Assembly: GCA_041674205.1 (NCBI GenBank)
Contig: JBAYWF010000002.1
Coordinates: forward strand, 46,940 to 110,939
Length of the DNA stretch: 64,000 nt
Source: Parcubacteria group bacterium
GTDB taxonomy: Bacteria > Patescibacteriota > Minisyncoccia > Moranbacterales > UBA2206
Direction of reading: 5' to 3'
Shown: positions 45,777 through 55,609 of the stretch, piece after piece
How the letters are laid out: each line of letters begins with the position of its first letter
How positions within the stretch are numbered: position 1 is the first letter of the stretch
The notes under the pieces: model-generated
Databases searched by the model: none
What the model was told of the DNA's origin: nothing
What the model saw: only the letters and a program-made list of their open reading frames with translations
Program-made: the position numbers and the translations under genes

Positions 45777-46436
45777 TTATTTCTTTTCCTCGTTATTGAA
45801 TACTTCACCCTTATACAACCAGACCTTCACTCCCAATGTCCCGTAGGTCGTATAGGCGGTCGCTCTGGCGAAATCAATGTTAGCGCGCAAGGTATGCAAT
45901 GGCAACGTGCCTTTGCTTGACCATTCCCTCCGGGCCATCTCAGCTCCTCCCAACCGGCCGGACATCTCGATTTTCACTCCCTTGATTGCGGTATTTTTCG
46001 TAACCTGGTCAAGCATCGATTTCATCGCCCGCCTGAAAGCGATCCGTTTCTCCAATTGTTCGGCGATATTCTGCGCGATAAGCAAGGCGTTTTCTTCGAA
46101 ATTCTTAATTTCCTGGATCTCGATTTTCAGAGTAGTCTTCTTATGTTTGAAAAAATTGGTTTTTACATAATTCTGGATATCCTCGACTCCGCTTCCCCCT
46201 CGACCGATCAAAACACCTGGGCGGGCGGTCTTGATAATAACCCGGATCATCGCGGCCGATCTTTCGATTTCCACTTCGGCGATCGCGGCGGCCTTCCACT
46301 TTTTCATAATCGCGGACCGCAACTCGATATCTTGTCGAAGATTATCTTTATATTCTTTTTTTCCCCCGAACCATTTGGACTTCCACGTATTCGTGATGCC
46401 TATTCGGAGCCCGACCGGGTTTACTTTGTGTCCCAT
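45777..46436 (-). CDS. rpsC: 30S ribosomal protein S3
   Basis: MGHKVNP, RPG.LIG, GRLGGAE, PLHTLRA. Confidence 0.99.
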   Translation of the reverse strand: MGHKVNPVGLRIGITNTWKSKWFGGKKEYKDNLRQDIELRSAIMKKWKAAAIAEVEIERSAAMIRVIIKTARPGVLIGRGGSGVEDIQNYVKTNFFKHKKTTLKIEIQEIKNFEENALLIAQNIAEQLEKRIAFRRAMKSMLDQVTKNTAIKGVKIEMSGRLGGAEMARREWSSKGTLPLHTLRANIDFARATAYTTYGTLGVKVWLYKGEVFNNEEKK

Positions 46437-46484
46437 AAATTCAATAATTTAAAATTTGAAATTTGAAATTTAAAACTTCCAACT

Positions 46485-47057
46485 TTACATTCCGGATTTT
46501 CTTCTGAAAATCTTGTTCGCCCATCCGGCGTTCGGCGCTTCAGCGGACTTCTTTATTTTGCCGCCTTCTTTCACCTTCAGTTCCTTGCCCACACCTTCGG
46601 CCTTGGCGACTTCTTCGGATTCTTTCTTGCTGGCAAGCATTTCCTTTTCCGCTTTTTTCTTAGCATCCAATCGCGTCTTTTTTTCTTTTTCCAATTGTTC
46701 CTTGGTTTTCCTATTCTTGCCTTCAACCCGTTCTTCCACGACTATTTCCATCTGGGTCGATCTTTTCCTGATCGGTGTCGCCCGTCCATACGCTTTCGGC
46801 ATCCAACGCTTCAAAGTGATGCCTTCTTTAACGACCACATCCGAAACATACATATTATCCCTATCGATACCGAAATTATTTTCCCCGTTGGCGATAGCGC
46901 TTTCCAACAATTTGATGATGAACGGACTGGTCTTTTTGACTGTCGCATCCAATTGATCCAAAGCGTCCTTCACATCCATCCCGATAATAAGATCGGCCAC
47001 CAATTTGACTTTGCGGTTCGGCATCCTTAAATTGTTTAATTTTGCTGATACTTTCAT
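46485..47057 (-). CDS. rplV: 50S ribosomal protein L22 with charged C-terminal extension
   Basis: RKV.LVAD, SAIAN, LKRW.P.A.GRA. Confidence 0.97.
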   Translation of the reverse strand: MKVSAKLNNLRMPNRKVKLVADLIIGMDVKDALDQLDATVKKTSPFIIKLLESAIANGENNFGIDRDNMYVSDVVVKEGITLKRWMPKAYGRATPIRKRSTQMEIVVEERVEGKNRKTKEQLEKEKKTRLDAKKKAEKEMLASKKESEEVAKAEGVGKELKVKEGGKIKKSAEAPNAGWANKIFRRKSGM

Positions 47058-47098
47058 AAATATGTCTTATATGCGTCTTATCGATCTATTTTTAAGTC

Positions 47099-47443
47099 TT
47101 ATTTTTTCTTGGCATCGCCACCGGCCTTGACAGCCTTAGCCGCATCAAGCTCTTTCTGTTTGGCGGCCTGTTCGATTTCTTTCTGCATCTTTCCTCCGTG
47201 TTTGGAGAAAGTCCTGGTCGGCGAGAACTCACCGAACTTGTGGCCGACCATCTCCTCTGTCACGAAAACCGGAATGTGCTTCCTGCCGTTATGGACACCG
47301 AAAGTCAATCCGATCATTTCAGGGGAAATAGCGCTGTAGCGGGCCCAGATATTCATCGTTGATTTATCCCCAGCCGGCCTGTTTTGGATTTTCTTGATTA
47401 TCCGGCTATCTACGAATATTCCTTTTTTTAGACTTCTTGTCAT
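47099..47443 (-). CDS. rpsS: 30S ribosomal protein S19
   Basis: RSLKKG, VHNG, MVGHK.GEFSPTR. Confidence 0.98.
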   Translation of the reverse strand: MTRSLKKGIFVDSRIIKKIQNRPAGDKSTMNIWARYSAISPEMIGLTFGVHNGRKHIPVFVTEEMVGHKFGEFSPTRTFSKHGGKMQKEIEQAAKQKELDAAKAVKAGGDAKKK

Positions 47444-47480
47444 TATTTTATAAATCTCTAATTAACCTTCGATTTGCTTC

Positions 47481-48314
47481 TTATTTCCGCTTCTGTCTTC
47501 GCTTGATTATGAACTTATTGCTATAAAGCTTCTTCTTGCGGGTTTTCTTTCCGAGCGCCGGCTTGCCCCAAGGGGTTTTCGGATGCTTCAGTCCGATTCC
47601 CTGACGGCCTTCGCCTCCTCCATGCGGATGGTCGACCGGATTCATAACCGTACCGCGGACGGACGGCCTCACTCCCATATGCCGCTTGCGTCCCGCCTTG
47701 CCGATATTTACTGCGTTATGTTCAAAATTGCTCACTTGTCCAACTGTAGCATAACATTCGCTGTTGACCAACCTGATTTCACCGGATGGCATTTTCACCT
47801 GCGCGGTCTTTTCTTCGACCGCCGTCAGGATCGCGCTTGATCCGGCGCCTCTTACGATTTGGCCGCCCTTACCAGGAAATAATTCCAAATTACAAATAGT
47901 CGTACCGGTCGGGATATTTTTAACTTGTGTCCGATTGCCTAATTTGATCGGCGCGGTCGGGGAAGTTAAAATTTCCATACCTGTCTTCATTCCCTCGGAA
48001 GCCAAAATATAACGTTTCTCTCCATCTTTGTAGTGGACCAAGGCGATGAAAGACGATCTGTTCGGATCCCGCTCGATAGCCGCGATTTTTCCAGGCACCT
48101 CCAACTTATCCTGTTTGAAATCGATGATCCGATATCTTCTTTTGGCTCCCCCACCTTGATGGCGGACGGAAATCTTGCCGTGTGACCGGCCAGCCTTGCT
48201 TTTTATCGGGGACAACAGCGATTTTTCAGGTTTTTTTCCGGAAACATCGGCCGATTTGACAATCGACATATTCCTTCGTCCGGCGTTATTCTTTTTGTAT
48301 ACTTTGATTGCCAT
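47481..48314 (-). CDS. rplB: 50S ribosomal protein L2
   Basis: [22 protein letters not shown]. Confidence 0.99.
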   Translation of the reverse strand: MAIKVYKKNNAGRRNMSIVKSADVSGKKPEKSLLSPIKSKAGRSHGKISVRHQGGGAKRRYRIIDFKQDKLEVPGKIAAIERDPNRSSFIALVHYKDGEKRYILASEGMKTGMEILTSPTAPIKLGNRTQVKNIPTGTTICNLELFPGKGGQIVRGAGSSAILTAVEEKTAQVKMPSGEIRLVNSECYATVGQVSNFEHNAVNIGKAGRKRHMGVRPSVRGTVMNPVDHPHGGGEGRQGIGLKHPKTPWGKPALGKKTRKKKLYSNKFIIKRRQKRK

Positions 48315-48369
48315 AATATTCGCTTCGCTAAATTTTAAATCTGAAATTCAAAATTTTTAATTATTTTTA

Positions 48370-48714
48370 CTATACGCCCTTGAATAATTCGATCGAATCG
48401 CCCGCTTTCAATGTCACGATCGCTTTCTTACTGCCTGCCTTGAATCCCGGAGTCCGGCCGTAGCTTACGGCTCGTCGTCGGTTATTCAGGGTATTCACGG
48501 AAATAACTTTCACTTTATATAATTCCTCGATAGCTGACTTGATCTGAATCTTTGTCGCGTCCACCGCCACCTTGAACGAATACTTATTAAGTTCGATAGC
48601 GATAGTGGCCGCCTCGGTGATGATCGGTTCGATTAAAACCCGGTACGCGATGCTGCTTGCGCCCGCCTTGTCGATCTTATTGGCCTTATTGGCTTTTTTA
48701 CTTGTCTGTTTCAT
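48370..48714 (-). CDS. rplW: 50S ribosomal protein L23
   Basis: PIITE, F.V...ATK.QIK, KKAIVTL. Confidence 0.97.
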   Translation of the reverse strand: MKQTSKKANKANKIDKAGASSIAYRVLIEPIITEAATIAIELNKYSFKVAVDATKIQIKSAIEELYKVKVISVNTLNNRRRAVSYGRTPGFKAGSKKAIVTLKAGDSIELFKGV

Positions 48715-48753
48715 TTCGTTTAATCTCTGTGATAAAATAAATTGCGCGGTTTA

Positions 48754-49389
48754 TTATGCCTTAGCTTGGTATTTGTCTTCCAAATATTTGATCGAATCCT
48801 GGCTCAAAACCAGGTTCTTATTATTCAACATATCCAAAACGTTCAATTTTTCAACTAAGATATTATTGACTTTTTCAATGTTCCGGCTATATGCGCGCAA
48901 GCCTCTTTCTCCCGCGGAAAATCCGATCAGCATCCGTCCCTTGATTTCCAAATTTTTCAAAATCCGCGCCATCTCCTTGGTCTTATTCTCCTTCAGCGAC
49001 AGCTTATCCAAAACGACCATCTCGCCGTCCCGCAACTTCGCGCTCAATACGGTCGCGATAGCCTTGGTATTCATCTTTTTGTTGATTTTTTTCTTGAAAT
49101 TCCGTTCATTGGTCGGTCCGAAGGCCACCCCTCCACCTCTCCAAGTCGGAGTCCGGCTGGAACCTACCCGGGCGCGTCCGGTGCCTTTCTGTTTCCACGG
49201 TTTGATACCTGATCCGGATCGCTCACCCCTGGTCTTAGTATGGGCCAGCACTTGCCTTTGGTTGGCTCCCAACGAAACGAACACTTGGTGAACCAAATCA
49301 TCATTCGCCGGCAATCCGAAAACCGCGTCAGATATCTCAATCTCCTTCACTTCTTTACCTTCAACGTTATATAGTTTGACCTTAGCCAT
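48754..49389 (-). CDS. rplD: 50S ribosomal protein L4
   Basis: TKTRGE, KPWKQKGTGRAR.GS, GGG..FGP. Confidence 0.98.
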   Translation of the reverse strand: MAKVKLYNVEGKEVKEIEISDAVFGLPANDDLVHQVFVSLGANQRQVLAHTKTRGERSGSGIKPWKQKGTGRARVGSSRTPTWRGGGVAFGPTNERNFKKKINKKMNTKAIATVLSAKLRDGEMVVLDKLSLKENKTKEMARILKNLEIKGRMLIGFSAGERGLRAYSRNIEKVNNILVEKLNVLDMLNNKNLVLSQDSIKYLEDKYQAKA

Positions 49390-49394
49390 TGTTT

Positions 49395-49958
49395 TTATTT
49401 AACGGAATAAATTTCAATTACAGCGCCTGAAACTCCTGGAACGGCACCTTGCAATGCCATCATATGCTTCTCCTTATCTATCAAAACGATTTTGACATTC
49501 TTGCTTGTTACACGCTTGCCACCCATCCGACCAGCCATCCGTTTACCTTTGATGACATGTTCCGGATAACCCGCACCGATTGAACCCGGCGCACGCAAAT
49601 CGTGTTTGTGCCCGTGTGAAGCGGCTGATCCTTTGAATCCATGCCGTTTAACCACGCCCTGGAAACCCTTAGCCTTTCCAAGTCCGCTTATATTGACCTT
49701 GTCGCCGATTTCAAACGAGTCGACGCCGATTTCATCCCCGACTTTCACTTCAGCGGAAGCGCCTTTGAATTCCTTTTTATAAACTTTATTCTTGGTTTTC
49801 GCCATTTCAACTTGTACCGCCACATATCCGTCCGTCTCTTCGTTGCGGATTATCGAAACTTTGGAAGCGCACTCCACCAAAGTCACGTTCAAAGCCTCAT
49901 TAGCTTCATTGAAGATCGTAGTCATTCCAAGTTTTTTGCCTAATATGAATTTTGCCAT
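49395..49958 (-). CDS. rplC: 50S ribosomal protein L3
   Basis: G.K.GMT, KGFQGVVKR, HG, R.PGSIG, MAGRMG. Confidence 0.98.
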   Translation of the reverse strand: MAKFILGKKLGMTTIFNEANEALNVTLVECASKVSIIRNEETDGYVAVQVEMAKTKNKVYKKEFKGASAEVKVGDEIGVDSFEIGDKVNISGLGKAKGFQGVVKRHGFKGSAASHGHKHDLRAPGSIGAGYPEHVIKGKRMAGRMGGKRVTSKNVKIVLIDKEKHMMALQGAVPGVSGAVIEIYSVK

Positions 49959-49971
49959 GGTCTTTTTTTAC

Positions 49972-50080
49972 AAATAAAAAATCAGGTATCCACAAGCCAG
50001 TTATCTCAGTCATGGGGCTTAGTACCCGATTTAACTTTCTGGTTGAGTATCTCCCGCCTAAACGGGGACTTTAACTAGTA
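49972..50080 (-). promoter_or_regulatory. candidate structured leader/attenuator between rpsJ and rplC
   Basis: AUCGGGUA-cu-AAGCC...GGCUU-gugga-UACCUGAU + U-rich tail; small upstream hairpin. Confidence 0.55.
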
Positions 50081-50099
50081 TTTTATATATTTTTCCAAA

Positions 50100-50426
50100 T
50101 TACATCTTTATCTCGATATCCACTCCAGCCGGCAAATCCAGATTAGTCAGGCTGTCGATCGTTTTAGGGGTCGGACTCCAGATATCGATAATCCGCTTAT
50201 GCATCCGCATCTCATATTGATCCCTTGCATCCTTGTTGACAAAAGTGGATTTATTGACGGTGAATTTTCTGATTTCAGTTGGCAATGGAACCGGACCGGT
50301 GATCGTCGCGCCTGATCTCTCTGCCGTTTCAACGATTTGTCTGGCTGATCGATCGATAATCTTATGGTCGTAGGCTTTGATCTTTATCCTGATCCTAGAT
50401 TTTGCGTCTTCTTCCTTTTTAATCAT
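50100..50426 (-). CDS. rpsJ: 30S ribosomal protein S10
   Basis: [31 protein letters not shown]. Confidence 0.99.
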   Translation of the reverse strand: MIKKEEDAKSRIRIKIKAYDHKIIDRSARQIVETAERSGATITGPVPLPTEIRKFTVNKSTFVNKDARDQYEMRMHKRIIDIWSPTPKTIDSLTNLDLPAGVDIEIKM

Positions 50427-50523
50427 TTTTTTTAATGAAAACCTCCTTAGTTATGTGTTTATAAATTCTACTCTATAAGACCGCTTATGTCAAATATTTC
50501 CATAAGCGGTCCGAAGAATCGAC

Positions 50524-51717
50524 TTATTTTATAATCTTAGTAACGACTCCGGCGCCGACCGTCCGGCCACCTTCGCGGATCGCGAACCTCATTCCGTCCT
50601 CCATCGCTACAGGAGCACCTAATTTGACGTTGAAGTTGATAGTATCTCCCGGCATAACCATCTCAGTTCCCTCCGGCAGGATCACTTCACCAGTCACATC
50701 AGTTGTCCGGACATAGAATTGCGGCTTATAGCCCTTGAAGAATGGAGTATGTCTTCCACCTTCTTCCTTAGTCAAGATATAGACTTCACCTTCAAATTCA
50801 GTGTGCGGAGTAATCGAGCCTGGTTTAGCCAAAACTTGCCCACGTTCGACATCCTCTTTCTTTATTCCACGAAGCAAAAGTCCGGCATTATCTCCAGCCC
50901 GTCCCTCCGTAAGAGATTTGTTGAACATTTCAATTCCAGTCACTACGGTCTTAGCGGTCGGTCGGATTCCGACGATTTCAATTTCCTCATTGATTTTGAT
51001 CGTACCCCTTTCAATCCTTCCAGTCACTACGGTTCCTCGACCCTCGATTGAGAAGATATCTTCGATTGGCAGCAAGAATGGCTTGTCAGTTTCACGCACT
51101 GGATCTGGAACTTTTTCATCAACTGCCGCAATCAAATCCCAAATCGGTTTAGCCGCTTCGTCGTCAGCTGATTTCGATTCAAGGGCTTTCAGAGCTGAAC
51201 CGCGGATAACTTTGGCGTTATCACCATCAAACTCGTATTTTGTCAATAGTTCACGCACTTCCGCTTCGACCAATTCGATCAATTCCTCATCATCCACCAT
51301 ATCAACCTTGTTCAAGAAAACCACGATTTCCGGCACACCCACCTGCTTAGCCAAAAGGATGTGTTCGCGGGTCTGCGGCATCGGACCGTCGGTCGCAGCC
51401 ACTACCAGGATAGCACCGTCCATCTGGGCAGCACCGGTAATCATATTTTTGATATAGTCAGCATGTCCCGGACAGTCAACGTGCGCGTAATGTCTTTTTT
51501 CAGATTCGTATTCACAGTGGGCGGTCGCGATGGTGATACCCCGCTCTTTTTCTTCCGGAGCCTTGTCGATTTCATCGATTCCCTTTTCCTTGGCTTGCCC
51601 TCTAAAAGACAAGACATGCAGGATAGCTGCGGTCAGGGTCGTTTTGCCATGATCAACATGTCCGATCGTACCGACATTGACGTGAGGTTTGGTTCTTTCG
51701 AATTGTCCTACTGCCAT
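50524..51717 (-). CDS. tuf: elongation factor Tu
   Basis: [29 protein letters not shown]. Confidence 0.99.
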   Translation of the reverse strand: MAVGQFERTKPHVNVGTIGHVDHGKTTLTAAILHVLSFRGQAKEKGIDEIDKAPEEKERGITIATAHCEYESEKRHYAHVDCPGHADYIKNMITGAAQMDGAILVVAATDGPMPQTREHILLAKQVGVPEIVVFLNKVDMVDDEELIELVEAEVRELLTKYEFDGDNAKVIRGSALKALESKSADDEAAKPIWDLIAAVDEKVPDPVRETDKPFLLPIEDIFSIEGRGTVVTGRIERGTIKINEEIEIVGIRPTAKTVVTGIEMFNKSLTEGRAGDNAGLLLRGIKKEDVERGQVLAKPGSITPHTEFEGEVYILTKEEGGRHTPFFKGYKPQFYVRTTDVTGEVILPEGTEMVMPGDTINFNVKLGAPVAMEDGMRFAIREGGRTVGAGVVTKIIK

Positions 51718-52020
51718 ATTTTTAGTTTATGTTCGTCTTATTTCACGAATTAAATCCGGAATAAAAACCCGGATTCGCAAATAATTACGAATTAATTTAT
51801 TATTTTATTTAACAAAATATATTTTATATCATCTCTCGATTTTTGGCAAGTTTTGCGGATTTCCACCTGTGGATAACTCAGCTGTTTTATCCCGGGACGC
51901 CCGCAAACGCACATTTCTCCAACCACTTGCATCGTTATCAAATATTATCAAGTAATTTGCACCTTGTCAAGCTTTTTTGGAATATTTTTCCATCCGATCC
52001 TCCGCCTTGCGACAATCAAG

Positions 52021-52422
52021 TCAGGACTTCATCCCGGAAAAATCCGCGGTTCCGAATTTTGCCAGCGGATCATCCTCCAGAACGCCCTCGGCGGATCCAT
52101 CTGCCGATTCCTGAACCGCCACGACCGCGGATATTCCATCCTCTTCAGCCATCCGCCTGCCTAGCTCGAAGCTAGCGATTACCTCGCAAGCTTTGGCCGT
52201 ATCCAGCCCGAAGGTTTTTTCCAACTCCGCGGCATCCGCTCCAGCCAAGGAAAATTTCGGATATTCACGCAAGATGTTTTTCGCCAATTCGACTACATCC
52301 ATGCCTTTCGTCCCCGTACGCAAAATAATCGCCAACAATTCGGACTTCGTCAACTTATCCGCGCCGTAATGCAACATTTTTTCTTTCGGCCATTCTATTT
52401 TCGCGCTTCCTTTTGTTTCCAT
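52021..52422 (-). CDS. RadC N-terminal (UPF0758/HhH) domain protein lacking the JAB domain
   Basis: P.EK...G...L...ELLAIILRTG, ELGRR, then acidic tail; no HNHPSG. Confidence 0.8.
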   Translation of the reverse strand: METKGSAKIEWPKEKMLHYGADKLTKSELLAIILRTGTKGMDVVELAKNILREYPKFSLAGADAAELEKTFGLDTAKACEVIASFELGRRMAEEDGISAVVAVQESADGSAEGVLEDDPLAKFGTADFSGMKS

Positions 52423-52431
52423 ATTTCTATT

Positions 52432-54060
52432 CTAACACACTTTTTCCATTTTCAGTTTCTGTCTTTTGGCGATCACCAGCCTGATCTGTTCATAACTGAT
52501 CAGCTCCGGTAATTGCGCCTTGATGGCGCTCAAAAAATGCGCGCTGCCCGCCGCCGGCAAAGCTTGTAGGATTTGCCGTTCTTCCTCAGGAGTGACGAAT
52601 TTTCCAATTGCAAGTTCCCCACCAGCCAAATACCATAACACCAGATGATTGAAAATCGTGCTGACGCCCAGGCTGCGGATCTTGGCGATCTGCTCCGGCG
52701 CGTAGTCTTGTTTATAAAAATCGACGGTGACCAAGACGGTGTCGCTCAAATCGTCCTTGCCGCGCATAACGCGCGCCGCGCCGCGGGATGTTTTTCGGAT
52801 TTCCGTATTTTTCCAATTCAGGCACACATCGCAACCTTTGCAATTTTGCTGGTGCGATTCCAAATCCGGATCCTGGAAATATTCCAAGATTATCCGGCGC
52901 CGGCAGGACTTGGCCGTAGCATAGTTCAGGATGCCCTCCAGGCGGTTATATTTGATATCCAACACCCGGTTGGTTTCCTGCCAATCCTTGCCCTGCGCGA
53001 GCATATTCTGTTTGTCCAAACGGATGAAATATTTGTGGGTGGTCACATCCCGCTTGCTATGCAAAAGCACGCAATAGGAAAGCTCGCCGTCGCGTCCGGC
53101 GCGTCCGGCTTCCTGATAGTAGCCTTCCAGGCTCCCCGGCATCCCGGCGTGGATGACGAAGCGGATGTCGGCTTTGTCCACCCCCATCCCGAAAGCCACA
53201 GTGGCCACGATCACCTTGAAGCGGTTTTCCATAAAATCATTCTGGATTTTCTCGCGTTCTCCGGCTTTCATACCGGCATGATAGGCGCGCGCCGTGATGT
53301 CCTGGCTTTTCAGATATTTCGCGATGGCTTCCGTGTCTTTTCTGGAAATCGCATAGACGATGCCGGAACCCGCGCCTTTCAAAGATTTCACTATGCGCAA
53401 AACTTCCTCCAATCTTTGCGTCGGCTTCAAATCGCACTGCGCGAAGAAACGGATATTGGGCCGATCGAATCCGCGGATAAAAACTTTCGGGCTCCGCAGA
53501 TCCAAGCGCGCGATGATATCATCTTTGACTTCCGGCGTGGCCGTCGCCGTGAAAGCCGCCACGACCGGCCGTTTTTTTAAAGACTTGATATATTGGCCGA
53601 TGGCCAGATAGTCCGGCCGGAAATCATGCCCCCACTGAGAAACGCAATGCGCTTCGTCCACCGCGAACAAGGAAATTTCCAAATCGGAAAATATATTACG
53701 GAACTCCCCGCTTGCGAACCTTTCCGGGGCGATATACAAAATCTTGGTTTTCCCCGCCCGCAAATCCGCCAGGCGCCGCTGCGTTTCTTCCGGCGTAAGC
53801 GAACTGTTGATAAAAGTGGCCGGAATGCCCCGCGCCATCAGGCTGTCCACCTGGTCTTTCATAAGCGCGATGAGCGGTGAGATGACGATAGTGGTTTTCT
53901 CACCCAAAATGGCCGGCAATTGGTAGCACAAAGACTTGCCGCCTCCGGTCGGCATCAATGCCACCACATCCGTGCCTTGCAAAATGCTTTCGATGATTTC
54001 TTTCTGTCCCGCGCGGAACCGCGGAAAGTTGAAATATTTTTCCAGGTTTTTTTCCAACAC
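52432..54060 (-). CDS. recQ: RecQ family DNA helicase with C-terminal HTH
   Basis: MPTGGGKSLCYQ, DEAHCVSQWGHDFRP, AFGMGVDK, QEAGRAGRDG, Zn motif. Confidence 0.96.
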   Translation of the reverse strand: MLEKNLEKYFNFPRFRAGQKEIIESILQGTDVVALMPTGGGKSLCYQLPAILGEKTTIVISPLIALMKDQVDSLMARGIPATFINSSLTPEETQRRLADLRAGKTKILYIAPERFASGEFRNIFSDLEISLFAVDEAHCVSQWGHDFRPDYLAIGQYIKSLKKRPVVAAFTATATPEVKDDIIARLDLRSPKVFIRGFDRPNIRFFAQCDLKPTQRLEEVLRIVKSLKGAGSGIVYAISRKDTEAIAKYLKSQDITARAYHAGMKAGEREKIQNDFMENRFKVIVATVAFGMGVDKADIRFVIHAGMPGSLEGYYQEAGRAGRDGELSYCVLLHSKRDVTTHKYFIRLDKQNMLAQGKDWQETNRVLDIKYNRLEGILNYATAKSCRRRIILEYFQDPDLESHQQNCKGCDVCLNWKNTEIRKTSRGAARVMRGKDDLSDTVLVTVDFYKQDYAPEQIAKIRSLGVSTIFNHLVLWYLAGGELAIGKFVTPEEERQILQALPAAGSAHFLSAIKAQLPELISYEQIRLVIAKRQKLKMEKVC

Positions 54061-54196
54061 CTGTTTTGTATTTAGGACTTACGCGTTTGCCGCTTTATCC
54101 GGAGTGTTCCTAAAGCTAAGCTTTTGATAGGCTTCCAAGAAACAAACGTGTATGTCCTAATATTATTATTTTTTACCCGTAGCCTTATCTTACCAC

Positions 54197-54231
54197 AAGC
54201 GGACTGTTTGCATCATGCAAACAGTCCGCAT
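54197..54231 (-). terminator. hairpin after the PUR-family gene
   Basis: gcggactgtttgcat-c-atgcaaacagtccgc inverted repeat. Confidence 0.6.
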
Positions 54232-54240
54232 CCATTCCGA

Positions 54241-54492
54241 TTACTGCAAATATTGTTTCACTTCTTCCAAGGCGCCAGTAAAAGCCGGGAAATGGTCTTT
54301 AAAAATCAAAAGGCGGTTCACGACTTTTTCACCGGTCGGTTTTTTATAGGACTCGGCGACAGTCAGATAATTACTGCCGTTGCTCGCCTTCTTCACATCG
54401 AAGAAATAGGTTTTGCCTCCCGCCTTCACCATCTGCGCGAAGACTTTGTCCTGGACCGGCGCGCCTTGCGGCGCATTTTGTGATTGTTGCAT
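54241..54492 (-). CDS. PUR/DUF3276 family nucleic-acid-binding protein
   Basis: KAG.KTYFFDVK.....YL...ES. Confidence 0.85.
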   Translation of the reverse strand: MQQSQNAPQGAPVQDKVFAQMVKAGGKTYFFDVKKASNGSNYLTVAESYKKPTGEKVVNRLLIFKDHFPAFTGALEEVKQYLQ

Positions 54493-54647
54493 TTTTGTTT
54501 TCCGTACCCGCGCCTCAAGCGCGGGATATTAAATTATTAGTCGGAAGGCTGCAGCGCTTCCTGATGATATTTTATCACTGCCGTTATCACTGTCAAGTTT
54601 TCGGCTGTGGATAACTTATTGCAGCGGTCCGACCCCTCCAAAAAACT

Positions 54648-55157
54648 TCACTTCAACGCTTCAGCCAGCTTGTCCAGAGACTGGTTCCAGCCCATATCCA
54701 TATCCTTCAAATCCTGTTCGTCGAAACGGCTCGTGTCCGGATAGCGCAAAGTGAATTTAGTCTTATTACCCATCTCTTCAAGCATAGTTTCCACTGTTGT
54801 CTCATATGGCACATCACTGCCCATGCCATAATAGGCCGGTGTCACCGGATTGCCTTTCTCATCGGAAAAATAGTCCGTCACCACGATTTTCTCCGGTGCT
54901 TTGACCTCACGGAAAATACCGGCGCTCCAAAAATCATGCGCTTCACCGCCTGGCACGACCACTCCGTGCATACAGTAGAGATATTTCCCGCCTTCGCGCA
55001 GATCAATCTCGATGTGCGGGGCCGTGAAATCTTTCGGACCCCACCATTTTTTCACCATCTCAGGAGTCGTCCAAGCCTCCCAAACTTTTGCGCGCGGAGC
55101 GTCAAAAACGCGTGTGAATTCCAAACCTTTTTCATTTTTTCGCATCGTATTATCCAT
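54648..55157 (-). CDS. SRPBCC/AHSA1-like domain protein
   Basis: R.FDAPR..VW.AWT.PE...WWGP, DLR.GG.Y, GW.QSLDKL. Confidence 0.92.
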   Translation of the reverse strand: MDNTMRKNEKGLEFTRVFDAPRAKVWEAWTTPEMVKKWWGPKDFTAPHIEIDLREGGKYLYCMHGVVVPGGEAHDFWSAGIFREVKAPEKIVVTDYFSDEKGNPVTPAYYGMGSDVPYETTVETMLEEMGNKTKFTLRYPDTSRFDEQDLKDMDMGWNQSLDKLAEALK

Positions 55158-55217
55158 ATGTTTTCACCTCCTTTCCATATGACTAATACAGCCACTATGA
55201 GCCCGGGCTTTCAAATA

Positions 55218-55571
55218 CTATCGGATGGCAAAGCCAGCCACGAATACCGCCAGCCACACCAGGCCGCTCACTATCGTATAAGCCGGCGGCACCCGTTTTC
55301 CCGATCCTTCACGATAGTTGATCGAGGACCAGACGGCTTTCCCGCCCATGAGCGCCAGCGCGACCAAGCCAGCAACCGAATGGAAATCCAAGGCGAAACC
55401 CGCGGTCATAAGTGACATAAGCGCCGTCCCGGTCAGGTCAAAAACGAATCCCCACCAAAAAAGGGCCAGGGTCGCGGACGAGACCGCTTTCCGCGAAAAT
55501 TCCTGGAAGACGCTTGTGGCATAAAGGACCAAGGCGAGGACGACTGCGATGATGGCGGCTGGAAGCAACAT
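55218..55571 (-). CDS. small four-TM membrane protein (HsmA-like)
   Basis: ALVLY, GF.FD.TGT..M, H...G..AL.LM. Confidence 0.7.
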   Translation of the reverse strand: MLLPAAIIAVVLALVLYATSVFQEFSRKAVSSATLALFWWGFVFDLTGTALMSLMTAGFALDFHSVAGLVALALMGGKAVWSSINYREGSGKRVPPAYTIVSGLVWLAVFVAGFAIR

Positions 55572-55609
55572 ATTATTTTTTTCTTAAATTATTAATTATT
55601 TCCCGATTT

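Noticed and set aside
51868-54614. DnaA boxes (TGTGGATAA at 51868 and 54606) as oriC
   Set aside because: Isolated single boxes, no cluster or dnaA/dnaN nearby; at most promoter-associated.
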